Source: Amoebidium appalachense
Lineage: Eukaryota > Protista > Ichthyosporea
Direction: 5' to 3'
DNA: 64,000 nt
NCBI GenBank assembly: GCA_963693365.1
Contig: CAVNZM010000015.1
Coordinates: forward strand, 310,001 to 374,000
The stretch's first letter is position 1; every line of letters starts with the position of its first letter. The translations under genes were made by a program, and so were the position numbers. The notes beneath the pieces were generated by a model. It was not told the DNA's origin. It ran no database searches and saw only the letters and a list, made by a program, of their open reading frames with translations. Positions 31,969 through 45,240 of the stretch are shown here, one piece after another.

Positions 31969-33349
31969 CCTCCCCCCCGCTCTCCCCTCCTCCCCCCTCT
32001 TCCCCCCTCCCCCATCCACCCACCCACACCCACCCACGCACTCCCACCACCAGTTCTGGAACGTCATTTCCTTTGTTCGCCAGCATGGCTTTGACGGTGT
32101 GGATATCGACTGGGAATACCCACCACTGCCGCCCACCGTGAAAACTTCACACTAATGCTTCAAGTGCTGCGTGAACGTATTACCGCCGAGGCACAAACGA
32201 CAAAGCGTGCACCTTTTCTTATTGGAATCGCCGTGTACGCCGGCCACACAACGGTTAACCAGAAATACGAAGTCGCCAAAATCGGGTAGTATGTGGACTG
32301 GGTGGGTGTGATGTCCTATGACCTGTACGGTGCGTGGGATTCAAGCGCAGGCGGACACACGCAATTGTTTCCACTCACAAACAACACAAATGAGTTCTCG
32401 GTAGTCCGCGGTATGTCTGCATGGGCGGAGGGAGTCCCCGCAGAGAAACTACTCGTGGGTTTGGCTACGTACGGCCGGGCGCTATATATCAACAACCCCA
32501 TGAAAAGACAAACCAACAATGCAACATGCTCGCACAGAAGAAGACCGCTAGGGCAGGCCCCTCAGGCCCTATTACACGCGAAGACGGGTTCCTAACGTAC
32601 TATGAGATTATGGATATTGCCAACAAACCAGGTGAGACGGTGTGTGTGGACACCGGAAACCCGTTCCGCGGTAGTGCAAAGTGGTGATGTGTGGGTGGGT
32701 TTTGACACCTCGGCAACCCTGGCGGCCAAGACAAAATACCTCAAGTCGAGAAACTTCCAAGGGGCCATGTTCTGGGCCCTAGGCCTCGACCTCGATGATT
32801 TTAAGAACGGATACCCGCTTATTTCAACTGTCTCCAAGGCCATCTTCAGTAACGAGGATACCCAGGAGCCCACAAACCCCAACACCAGCACCACCACTGC
32901 AGCAACCGTCCCCCCTCCACCCGCCACAACAACAACTGAGTACGCGCACCACCAACACAGAAGCCTCCGAAACTTCAACCACTACCACCACCACCCCCAC
33001 CACCTCCCCTTCCTCTCCCTCCTCCTCCTCCTCCCCCTCTTCCTCCTCACCAACCAACACCACCACCAACCCCGCCGCCAGGCTACCCCCAGCACCTCCC
33101 TCGTGTGCAAGGCTGCCGCGATCCAGATTACTGATCTCAATGTGGTGCCGTAATAACCTGTGCCCCCCTGTATGGTGCAAATGGGTCGACCAAAATGCCC
33201 CCACCCCTGCCGCAAAACTGGTCTGCAAATGTTTGATGAGGAATATTGCCGATTCGTGGTGCATGGGGTTCCCCAACTGCAGCTACAAGTATGGTGAAGT
33301 GACTTACTGTGCTTATGTCGACCCTGCTACTATCAAGACTTGGCCGTAA
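31560..33349 (+). pseudogene. GH18 chitinase pseudogene (catalytic domain, Ser/Thr/Pro linker, two Cys/Trp-rich C-terminal modules)
   Basis: Motifs FDGVDIDWEYP (32090-32120), YVDWVGVMSYDLYGAWD, GVPAEKLLVGLATYGR, GFLTYYEI, WVGFDT...KTKYLKSRNFQGAMFWALGLD. Lesions: frameshift after DWEYP, in-frame TAG at 32287-32289, and frame changes near 32510, 32650, 32950 and 33135. The 5' part is degraded; one probable donor at 31645 and acceptor at 32053. The start coordinate is approximate. Confidence 0.85.
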
Positions 33350-33636
33350 CCGCAAACAATAATTTCAAGGCGGGGTTTAATCTAAATATTGTTTTTCGCT
33401 CTGAATAATGTTAGTAGCGTACATTATCATGTAAAATGTAACTTATATTGTACTACTATGATTATGATGCTACCAGCAGACTTAAACGTGTATAATGTAA
33501 CGTTGCCAATAGTATTAGTATCTCATTATCTCATTAGGGACGCTTGCACTGTGTGCAATCCATTCCCGTGATCCTCCATAAATCTGATTGGTGGACTAGT
33601 TTCTGGGTAAACAAGGCAGTATGGATGATATGCAAC

Positions 33637-33680
<44 letters not shown>

Positions 33681-33908
33681 CCGCCCCCAATCTATTTCGA
33701 ATTCTCCCTCCCCCCCTTCCCCTCCCAATCCCCTTTCGCATTCTCCCTTCTCCCTCCCCCCAACCCTCCAATCCCCTTTCGAATCCCCCCCCCCCCCCCC
33801 TCCCCCCGCCTCCCCCCGAACACCATTTAACACAACTACAGGTATGCACTACAGTGACACAGTCTCAATCCAGTTATAACGCTCCAAGCGCGTCCGCAGC
33901 TACCGGCC

Positions 33909-33956
<48 letters not shown>

Positions 33957-34021
33957 CCCCCCTCCTTCGAACCAAATCGAACCCAGAAAGCCACTGGCAA
34001 GGCATAAACACTCAAACGAGA

Positions 34022-34062
<41 letters not shown>

Positions 34063-34488
34063 AAAAAGAAACACCCAAATTAGAACCACACACAGAATCT
34101 GATACACACAAACAAATGAACACACACACCCTCCCACCTGGTGGTCCCCCTCCCCCCCCCTCCCCCCCCCCCCCCCCCCTGCGGATGGGATCTCAATCTG
34201 GTTTGACAACGGTTGGGGTGGGGGTCACGGTGTGGGGGGGGGCACCTGTGCAGGCTCACAAGCCGTTTGTTTTGTTTTTGCTATGTGTGGGCCATGAGGA
34301 CAGGGTATATATGTGTGTGGAGGCAAGGCTACAAGGGGGGGGGGGGGGGGGGGAGGCCGCGGAGAGGGGGGGGGGGAGGAGGGGAGAAGGGGTTTGACGA
34401 ACTTGCAAGGGGCCCGGGGGCAGGGGGGACAGAGAGAGGGGGGGTGGGGGGAGGGAGGGGAGAAGGGGTTTGACGAACTTGCAAGGGG

Positions 34489-34519
<31 letters not shown>

Positions 34520-35102
34520 AGGGAGAGAGAGAGAGAGAAGAGGGGATGGATGGACGGATGAGGGCACGGGGGAGAATGATTGGTTGCTTACAGGGGTGGG
34601 GGGTATTGGGCATGTAGCAGATGTGGAAGGATCAGATGACGGTGTGCCCCTCGCAGCTATGCGTGCTACTAACATAAGAATGCATAATGGTATGTGTTAT
34701 CGGATGTCATATGTGATTTAATTTATTACTGCTGACATGTGTGAGTGTGGGACCCGGGAACTTTGACCCGGAAAACAAGAGGAGACACAACTTAAAAAAC
34801 CAATGATTGTGTGTGTGTGCGCGTGTGTTTGTTGTGTGCATGTGTGCGCGGGCGCTGTGGTGTGTGTGTGGTGGTACATATGCAGGCATTTTCATTTACA
34901 CCCTCCCCCCCCCCCCCCCCCCCCCCCCCCCCCGCCCTTTTCAAGACGGCGCCTCCCCAACACCTGTCACCCTACACTCCCCCCCCCCCTCCCCGTCAAT
35001 ACACCCTTGCCAGACCTCCCCCGCACCATTCCCCCCACAGCATACAGAAAACCCTGCATCTATCCCCCTACACCATCCCGTGATGTCTAAGCCTGTATGC
35101 AT

Positions 35103-35160
<58 letters not shown>

Positions 35161-35779
35161 CCCGCCAGCCACACATGTACAAAGTGGTGACACACACACA
35201 CACACACACACACAAAAGCATAAGGATGGTGAGATACCTGGAGTCACACACACACACACAGACATGAAAAGACACAAATACGCACACACACACACACCAA
35301 CACAAACGAGTTTCAAATGTGCCCCCCCCCCCCCCCCCCCCCCCCCCACACATATACACACAACCATACAGATGAGATCCGAAGAAGTTCATACACACCC
35401 ACACACACATAACAAGCTAATACATACATAGCCCCGTCCACGCACACACACGTGCACGCGCGCGCACACACACGGTTTCATTGAATACACACCTGCAAAG
35501 TGAAAAAAGCAGAACCACACAGGCCAACGATAATAACCACACCATGCACATGTCACACACACACGTACACGTATAACCCCCCTCCTTCCTTCCCTTCCCC
35601 CCTCAAACCGGATCCGCACACACAAACACAATCAAAACCCCCTCCCACACCCACACGCACATGCCCCCACCCTTCCACAAACACACACCCACCCACTCGC
35701 TCACACCCAACCACCCACCCACCCACACCAACTCACCCACCCTCCCACCCTCGCACACATACACACCCGGTGCTTCACC

Positions 35780-35814
<35 letters not shown>

Positions 35815-36195
35815 CCTCGCACACATCTGCACCCACCCACCCCACAAACATACACACCCACCCACCCACACCCAACCACGCAACCACCCACCCACACCAG
35901 GATACGGTAGAGTCCATGCAGGTCGCACATTTGTAAGGTCACAAACACTTTCAGGAGATTTTATATATTTGCCTTATTAGGACATCCACAGGCACACTTG
36001 CATTTCTTTACGAGCAAGAAGCACCACTTGCTTTAAACACCGCTATGCACGTGGCAACAGCACCATCCCCATTGGATGAATCGAATACCAAAAAAGGAAA
36101 CTAGGTTTTAGGTTTTGAGTGCACTGCACCCTAGCTACAAGCCTGCCGTGTTCTCAAATTGTCTGGGTGCCACAGCTTGTGTACTTCCAGCTTGT

Positions 36196-36262
<67 letters not shown>

Positions 36263-36789
36263 TGTGTGGGCGCGTGCATGTATGTGTGTGTGTAATTGTG
36301 TGCGCTGTATGTGTGCGTCCCTAAGCCTGTACGTGTGGGGGAATTTATTTGTATGTGTGTGTGATAAAAGGATGGGAAACGAAGCCAAAGGAAGCGAAGT
36401 CAGTAACCTACAACACATACATCATCAAAAAACCCTGGAAAATGCTCCAGTTTCACACACAAGTTGCAGCTGTACAGCAACACAACCGGGGCAAAGGTTG
36501 AATGAAGGAGAGAGGGATGACCGTAGTTGGTGGTGGTGGTGTTGGTTTGGGGGGAGAAGGGCGGAGGGGGGGGGGGGGGGGGGGAGGGGGGAATGCGGGC
36601 ATCACAGAGTTTCAAAAAAAAGAAGAAGAAGAAGAAGAAGCACAGACACCATTAAGGCCATGCATAACAAACAGGGTGTAGGGTTTCATCACCAGGTTGC
36701 TCCATCCTACACCCGACAAGTATGTACACGTGCATGGACACTGCAAGAGGGTGAGCAATTTATCCATCAGCCCCGCCCCCCACCTCTCC

Positions 36790-36840
<51 letters not shown>

Positions 36841-37749
36841 AAAAAAAAAAAAAAAAACACACACCCAAACACAAACACCAAACACACCCCCAAAAATTCG
36901 TTTCCGTACGTATGAAATCGGCCGAAACATAGGTGTAAATCCGTCCGGGCCTCCCCTCCTTCCCTTCCCTCCCTCACCCCCCCCCCCCCCCCCCCCCCTC
37001 TCCCCACATACACACACCCACCCACACACATAGAAGTGTTCATTGAAATAAACACAACCGTACGAAACAAATCCAGTACTACACTTCCCTTTTTCTGCAT
37101 CCCATGCGCCAAACAAAACACCCATCCCAACTGTGTTAAGTTCCGTTACCCCCCCCTCCCTCCCCCTCGCCCCCACTCCACAGTTAGTTCAACTGTCCTT
37201 GGTCCTTCTCACACCTCGTTCCCCCTTCCCACCCCCTTCTATCCCCCTCCCCCCCCCCCCCCCCCCCCCACCCCCCTCTCCCCTCCCAGAATCTGTTACC
37301 CTGTGCCGAGGTCCATGCCACAAAACCCCCCCCCCCCCCCCCCCCCCCCTCCCCCCCCTCTTTCCCGGCACGCTACACCACTGCTGTAACAGTACCGTAT
37401 ATCAAAGTGGGCAAAGCAAAGAAACAAAGAAATTCCATACTTAACGTTTTGAGCGTTAGAAAGAGAGAGCAGGAAAATGATTAAGAAGCAACAGGGGTGG
37501 AACCGTTGCAGCTAAGGCTAAATCACAAGCAGTAAGACAGGACGGTGTGTGAACAGGAAGGTGAGGACGCTATTATAGACACACCACGTGTGTGTACCGT
37601 GTGCGCAGAGGTTGCCAACTAATGTATAAGAACGGTGGGGAGGGAAGAGGAAGGAAGGAGAGTGAGAAGACAACGAGAGGGGGAGAGAAAGAGAAGTAGG
37701 GAGGAGGGGGGGAGAGGGGCAACACACGCACCTCTAGCTCTTCCTTATT

Positions 37750-38145
37750 TTACGCAGCGGTTGCTGGGTCGGTGTCACGTGCGAGGATGAACAGGGCCAG
37801 GTAGGCCACAGCGTTACTGAATGTGAAGACGATGGCAAAGATACCGCTCAGCTTGAGGCACGCAAACATGGGCGCAGCACCTACAGCATAGTTTATCGCC
37901 TTGGCCCAGTAAGGCTGGCGTTTGAGAAGAGCTGTGAAGTCCTGAATGAAGGGGATTTCAATCCATGTTGACAGCTCGGTGATGAAGACAATGATGGAGT
38001 AGATGAAGATGTAGATACCGAAAAGAATGCACAGCCACCAGATGTCGATAAAAGTGGCTACGCCACAGATTATCATGGCAAAAGATGAGAGGGTGGCCCA
38101 GAGGTTAACACACCAAGGGAGGGAAAAGCGTGCCTGGGGTGCCAT
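37750..38145 (-). CDS. Calcium channel Flower / CACFD1 (Cg6151-P family)-like small membrane protein, intronless, 131 aa
   Basis: Clean ATG-to-stop ORF with 3-4 hydrophobic segments. The pattern ...IIVFITE..., RQPYWAKAINYAVGAAPMFACLKLSGIF...SNAVAYLAL resembles Flower's W-x-KA-x-x-Y and G-x-x-Y helices. Confidence 0.72.
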   Translation of the reverse strand: MAPQARFSLPWCVNLWATLSSFAMIICGVATFIDIWWLCILFGIYIFIYSIIVFITELSTWIEIPFIQDFTALLKRQPYWAKAINYAVGAAPMFACLKLSGIFAIVFTFSNAVAYLALFILARDTDPATAA

Positions 38146-38899
38146 GTTGGCGGTGTGGTGTGCTGGTGCCTGTTAGAGCCGTTATGTGAACCAACCCTCG
38201 AAAACTTTCGGAAACTGAAGTTTGAAACCACACAGCAACACTTTCGTATCATGTGGAGTGCCGGGGAAAAAAAAAGCGTATGGGTCCATAGTATCTTACA
38301 ATGACGTCATTTTAATCACAAAAAGACCTTTATTTCGCCAAAGGAAACAAGAAAAGATTAGGAAGAGGTTTACAGTTCAGACTATTGAGAGGCGGGAGCA
38401 GGACTGGGCTCGAAACAGAAAAGCTTACTCACAAGCTCAACTTGCGTACGAATACGTAAGCGTGAGGTGCTATATTCAGTATTTATATAGAGGGGCTTGG
38501 CAGAATTTTTCCCTGCAAAAAAGCATAAAGTTATCATTGCAAAGTTTACATATCATCTGCATAATAAACAAACGGTTTGGGTTGGTCTTGTTTCGCCGTC
38601 CTTGTGTAGGGGTTGGGAGCTTGATTCACTGTTTGTGTTCCTTTTCGAGCCCTGGTTTATTTCGTGGGAACCGGGACGGATTCCTATTGGTTTCGGAGCT
38701 TTGAAGCCTTTTTAAACCAATCAGAAATTTTGTTTAGCTATAGATCACATTCCAGACTACACAGTACGTAAGCAAACTGTTGCGAACAAAAGTTACGTGG
38801 CTGCGACCGAGTTGAATGAACGGAGTGTTTCACTTTTTCTGTATATCAGTAGTCCCCTCCCTCTTTGTTTTTTTCCTTGCTACTGGTCTCGCTCCAATC
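38146..38899. promoter_or_regulatory. Bidirectional promoter region between the Flower-like and PTEN-like genes
   Basis: 754 bp of repeat-free DNA between divergent ATGs. It contains ATTGG (~38686), CCAATCAG (~38717) and a TGACGTCA palindrome (~38302). Confidence 0.5.
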
Positions 38900-39796
38900 A
38901 TGGCCTCCTTCATGGATCAGGTCGGCAGTTTTGTGCGCCAGACTGTCCGTGAGATGGTACCTCCCCCCCCCCCCCCCCCTCCCCCTCCCCCCCCCCCCCC
39001 TTCCCCCCCCTCCCCCCCCTCACCGGTTCCCACCCCACTCCTCCCACCCTCTGCCTAACTCGCCCAACTCACCTCCAACACCCTCCCTGGTTACGAAAAA
39101 ATCTTCTACTGTGGCCTCGATTAGCATCGCCGGCGTAGCGTCTGTTTCCTTCTCCCCCCACCCAAACAATCGTGTCTTAGGGCACACACCTCCTCGGCAT
39201 CGCCCATGCGTACCAATTGGGTTCTTGTTTTCCCGCTCGCCTCTCCCCCCCCCCCCCCCCCCCCCCTTCTCCCCCCCCCCCCCTTCCCCGCCTTCCCCTC
39301 CCCCTCCCCCCCCCCCCCCCCCTTCCGTCCCCCCCAATTCTTGTTCAACCCCAAGCCCAATGTTCATCTGGCAAGCATGCATCTGCGAAAAGAAGTGGGT
39401 ATGCAAAGTACGATGGAGTGCAATCCGGGCCTTACCTTTGCTAGCCATTAAGTTTACATGGCACTCTGATTTGGAAGCGTGCACGATCACTTGTACAGAA
39501 CAGCCCAAGTGGACACAAATACCAATCCCTGCGACAAGTTTTTTTTTTTTTTTGCTTCATGGACACACGATGTGGATCCAAACACAAGGACCAAAACATG
39601 CCGTTAGCGAACCTTGGTGCCTAGTAAAAACATAAAATGTGAACTTTATAAATATGCACATGACCTATGAATCCAACACACAGGGATCTCTCTCGTTTTC
39701 TTTCTTTCTTTCGCTTCAACCCCTTTGTCTGTGGTGGTGGTGATGGTGGTGGTGTTTGTGGTGCCGGCGTGGTGGTTGGGAGGGCGCGCGGGGGGG

Positions 39797-39833
<37 letters not shown>

Positions 39834-39977
39834 GCACGCATTTTGCAGTGGACTCGTGCAGATCTGGAGAGCAAAAGGGCAGGGATTTTCCTTTTTTTCA
39901 TTTAATCTTCTTCTTCTTCTTCTTCCTCTTTTTCTTGTGTGCGTACGGTGTGTGTGTGTGTGGTGGTGGTGGTGGTG

Positions 39978-40014
<37 letters not shown>

Positions 40015-40651
40015 GAGGGAGGGGGGGGGGGGGGGGGGGGGGGAGGGACGCGGCATGCATTTTACAGTGGACACGTACAGATGTATTAAACAACAGATAG
40101 CAAAAGGGCAGGGATGTTTTTTGTTTTATCTCTCACCCCCCCCCCCCCCCCCCCCCCTCCTCCTCCTCTCCCCCGCTCCCCCCACTCCCCCCGATAGTTT
40201 GTTAGACTATTCTGCCCCCCCTCCCCCCCTCTCTTTCGATATACCGCATATTCTTTACTATATACTAATACGGTACTAATTATACGATATATGATCATAA
40301 GGTATACCCCCCCCCCCCCCTCCCCCCCCCCCCCCTTCCCCCCCCCCTCCCTCCCCCTAAATACACACAAACCTGCTCTGTCACTGACATCCCCCCCCCC
40401 CCCCCCCAGGTGTCCCAAAACAGAGCACGCTATGTGGATGGCCGGTTCAACCTGGACCTGTCATACATCCTGCCTAATGTCATAGCAATGGGTTACCCGG
40501 CGGTATGTGATTGGTTGTTTGTGGATTGGTGGGGGGATGGGTGGGTGGGGTTGCGGTGGACATCCACCATGGTTTGGCTGGCGAGAAGGGGGTAAGTGTT
40601 TTGTGCGCTTATGGGTTGGTAAATGGGTGGGTAGGCGGGTGATGTGTGTCT

Positions 40652-40693
<42 letters not shown>

Positions 40694-41511
40694 AGAGAGG
40701 GGGGGGGAGGGGGGGAGGGGGGCGAAAGAGTCGACAAATGTCCTGGAGGAAGGAGCACTCGCGTTTTTTTTTTTTTTTTTTTTTTTTTTGGGGGGGGGGG
40801 GGGGGGGGAAGGGGGGGATAAGAGCAGGGAGGAGAGAATAATGATGTGACGGATTACGGGGTATGTGTGAAAAGGATTTCTAGTGTACAACTGCATTGTG
40901 TTTGCGTGATTTGGGGGGTGGAGGGGGGCGAGGAGGTGGAGGGGGGCTGAACGGGGCAGGGAAAGAGTGGTGTACAGGGGAAAAATCTAATTGCAAGTAC
41001 TATGAAGTCTTTTTGTGTAAATGGGAAATCAATTAGTGGTGGACTCGATGACTTTAAAGCAGGAGGGGCCGATTTTGCGTTTGTTTGTGTTCTCTGATTC
41101 ATGTGTATACGACAAACTACTCACCAACAGCACATCATTTGATTGTTGAATTTTCAATATTCAGGGGGGTCTTGAGGGGTTCTATCGCAACAGTCTGGAT
41201 GAGGTTGCCCCATTTCTTAACGAAAAGCATGGGGTGAGTTTATTCCCCCCCCCCCCCCCCCCCCGCCCAGAGCGTGTCCTTTTTAAATCACCGAAAATGG
41301 AGTGAAAAAACAATGGTTTTTTACGATTAATTGGTCCTAAAGGATGTCCGGGGGGAAGGAAGGGGGGGGGGGGGGGGGGGGGGGGGGGAGGAACGTGGTT
41401 ACGATAGGAGAAAGAATCTATGGCAGAAATTTGTTTTGGGGTGTGGCAAGAGGGGGTAGGACGAGGGGGAGGACGAGAAGATTTGGTTGTTTGCATTCGT
41501 GGTTTTTTTTT

Positions 41512-41542
<31 letters not shown>

Positions 41543-41602
41543 GGGGGGGAGGGGGGGAGGGGTGAGGGGGAGGGGAGGGAGGAGGAATCTGTAAATAGTA
41601 GC

Positions 41603-41643
<41 letters not shown>

Positions 41644-42684
41644 TAGCGACGGGGGGAGCTTCCTAGAAGCCCCGTCTCCTGAGTTCCTATCTATATTTTT
41701 CTTGCTTCTGCTTACTGCTGCAACTTTAACCCCCGGCCTTTCCCACTGCCCTTGCCTGCATAAGCAACCCTGCTCGTCTCTGATCAAGACGGGTGATCTA
41801 CCCATGTTCAAGTGAAACAGTATCTGAGTTGGGTTTCGTTAATGAGGTGGACAGGTCGAAACTCGGGTACTGTGGATGACGTGGCTCCCCCCTGAGGATG
41901 GGCTCTGCTTATTATGCATACTCTTATGTATGGCTTGCATTCTGCATCGTGTTATCCGTTTGTTCTTGTGTACTTCGTACTTTTTGACGCATTCAAACCC
42001 CCTCCCCCCCCCCCCCCCCCCCCCCCCCTTCCCTCCCCCTCCCTGTACCTCGTCCCTGTCTGTCTTTCTTACTCATGCATACTCCCCCCCCCCCCCCCCC
42101 CCCCCCCTTCCCCCCCACACACACATCCCCCCCCTCCCCCCATCTGCGTCCTATTTAATGACTTGCTCCTACCCTGATGCTGTGCTCTGCTGATGTTGCA
42201 TACTGAATGTTTGCCTTTAACAAGTGTCCTACACCGTATTTCTCATCATGTATTTGTATTTCCTACCGTATTCCGCATTCTAACCCCTTACACACACACA
42301 GGGCAACATGCTCGTGTTCAATTTAAGCGAACGACCATACGACTACTCAAGGCTACAAGGTTTGTTCTCTCCCAACCTCTCCTCTTCCAGGTCTTTTTTA
42401 ATTCTTTTCCTGATTGTGAGGAGCGCCTGGGTGAGCGGGTGGGTGCGGAAAGGAGGGGGGAGGGGGGGAGGGGGGAGGGGAAGGGGGGGCAAGGGGAGGA
42501 GTAAGGGGGGTTGGACTGCTTTATGTGCCTATAGACCTTCATCTCCTGTTCTTCCAACTTTCTCGTTCCCCCCTCCTTCCCCCCCACAACCCTCCTACCC
42601 TGACACACACACACATCCCTTATAGCACACACACACACCGGGACACCTATTCACAGCCAGGTGCTTATGCATGCACAGAGAAAG

Positions 42685-42736
<52 letters not shown>

Positions 42737-43301
42737 ACAAACCCGGGATCCCCGCTCCACCCCACCTCCAATTCATCAAGTACGACCCCCCTCCTCCCCC
42801 GCTCCCTAAAAAAAGAAAAAAAAAAAGGGAAACAAAAACCATGTACCCACACCCATAACCCCCCCAGGCGAAGTGCTTGAACTAGGCTGGCCTGACCACC
42901 ATGCACCCCCTCTCGACCACCTATTTGCAATGTGCCAGACAGCCGCAAGGTATTGTATTCCCCCCCCCCCCTTCCCCCCTTCACCACCACCACAAAAATA
43001 AAATAAAATATAAATAAGTAAATATATAAAAGTGTGTGTGTGCTTTGTACTCTCACACATTCTAACCTTCCCCCCCCCCCCCCCCCCCCCCCCCCCCACC
43101 CCCCACCCTTCCCCCCGCTTTTTCTGCCTGGCCCTTCCCCAGTCTGAACCTGTAAATTTTCTTTATAGAAGTCTACTTTTTATCCTTCTATGGTGCTCGG
43201 TTGCTTTTTTTTTTCCTTTTTTTTTTTTTTTTTTTTCCCTGGCGAGTTGTATGTGTGACCTTTGTGCATGTTTCGTCGCATATCCTGGTTGTGGTTGTCC
43301 A

Positions 43302-43354
<53 letters not shown>

Positions 43355-43725
43355 ACCCATACAAAAGAAAAAGAAAGAAAAAAGAAAAAAAGAAAGAAAA
43401 GGAAAAAAGAAAAGAAGATTCTAACCGTCCCTTGACTCCGCCTCTGCCAACCTCCCTATCTCCACATCCCAATATCTCCCTTGCTCATGACCTTCACCCA
43501 ATCACATCTCCTCCACGATTTACATTGCTGACATTGATCCAATCAGGTGGCTGCAACCCGACCCATTGCACGTGGTGGTGGTGCACTGCCTGGCCGGCCG
43601 GGGGCGCACGGGGGTGCTGATAGCGTGCCTGATGCTATTTTTAGACCTGGCTAAGACGGATAGAGAGGCACTTGATCTGTTTGCGGCAAGGAGGGACAAG
43701 GACGGAGACACGTGGGTGCGCATGT

Positions 43726-43756
<31 letters not shown>

Positions 43757-43845
43757 GGGGGGGTTGGGAGGGAGAGGGGGTTGCGGGGGTGGGGGGCGGG
43801 TTTGGTTGTGTGTGTCTGTGTGTGAGGGGGAGGGGGGGGGGGGGC

Positions 43846-43889
<44 letters not shown>

Positions 43890-44025
43890 GGGGGGGGGGG
43901 GGGGGGGGGTAGCTGGGGTACGTGTGTGTGGGGGCAAGCGGTGTGTGTGTATGTGTGTGTGTGGTGTGTGCGTGTATAGGTGTGTGTGTGGGGGGGAGGG
44001 GGGGGGGAAGGTGTGTGTGTGTGTG

Positions 44026-44078
<53 letters not shown>

Positions 44079-44910
44079 CTGTGCGGGTTTGGGTGTAGGT
44101 TTTTGTGTGCATGGGTTGGTGCGTGTGTGCATGTGTGTGGGTGTTGTATATGTGAACTCCGCTTGTGCACATTTGTGTGTGTGTGTGCACATGTGTGTGT
44201 GTGCACGCGCGGGGAAACCAATTAATAGAGAAAGGCAAGGGGCCCTAACAGAATTCATTTTAATGGGTTTGGGCACAAATTGACCTGAGAAGTAAGACTC
44301 CCGGGGGGCGGAAGGCGCGCATGCGGGGGGGGGGGGGGGGGGGGGAGGAGATGAGTTAGAGCGAAAGCATGCTCAGTGTGTGTGGCTGCAGGCAGGGGGG
44401 CGTGACGAGACCATGCCAGCTGCAGTATGTGTCGTACTTTGCACGCACCCTCAGCCTGGTGGGCCCATGTGCAGATATACCCTTAAAGGTAGGTAACCGC
44501 CTAATTGCTTGTCTACGTACCATTAAAGATATCTACAATGCTACACACCTTTGAAGGTTGACGTTACCTAAATTATGCTACCTACCCCTTAAAGGAAGTT
44601 GCGTCCTCCCCCCCCCCCTTCCCCTGCACTCACAGCCCCTGTGTTACTCCGTGTCTCATGTTGTTTTGTTCTGTGAAGATGATATTGCAGCTGCAACTGT
44701 GTTTGTGTGTTAGGGCGGTAACATTTATCCCGGCTCAGTTTACATGTCACACAATCGTCTTTCTTGTCTATGTTTGTCCGTGTGATTCGTGGGCACGTGC
44801 TTTTATCCTATACACGGAGTTGGACTGTAAGATGCAAAACATGTACACGGGGGCAACTTTTTGCTAACATACACTGATCGTAACTAGCATACCCACAACC
44901 ATGGATGCAC

Positions 44911-44954
<44 letters not shown>

Positions 44955-45175
44955 ACGCACACGCACACGCACACGCACACGCACGCACACACACACACAC
45001 ACAAACACACACGCGCACACACACACACACACACACACAGCCCCCAGCCCCTACCCTCCTCCTTAGGCGCATACTGGTTCATTCTCCACGGGCCACGACT
45101 GTGCAGGGTAGCTGCCGCCCATTTCTTACCGTGGCCAAGGCTCCCGTGCAGGTGTGTGTGTGTGTGTGTGTCTGT

Positions 45176-45240
<65 letters not shown>

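Noticed and set aside
32287-32289. In-frame TAG in the chitinase as stop-codon reassignment or readthrough
   Set aside because: The same gene has several frameshifts, HGD terminates with TAG, and no intact exon of the other genes contains an in-frame TAG.
34380-34492. Tandem duplication GGGGAGAAGGGGTTTGACGAACTTGCAAGGGGCC x2 (similar small duplications at 2524-2571, 39838/40057, 52452/52713, 55638-55685)
   Set aside because: Short local slippage duplications with no evidence of function.
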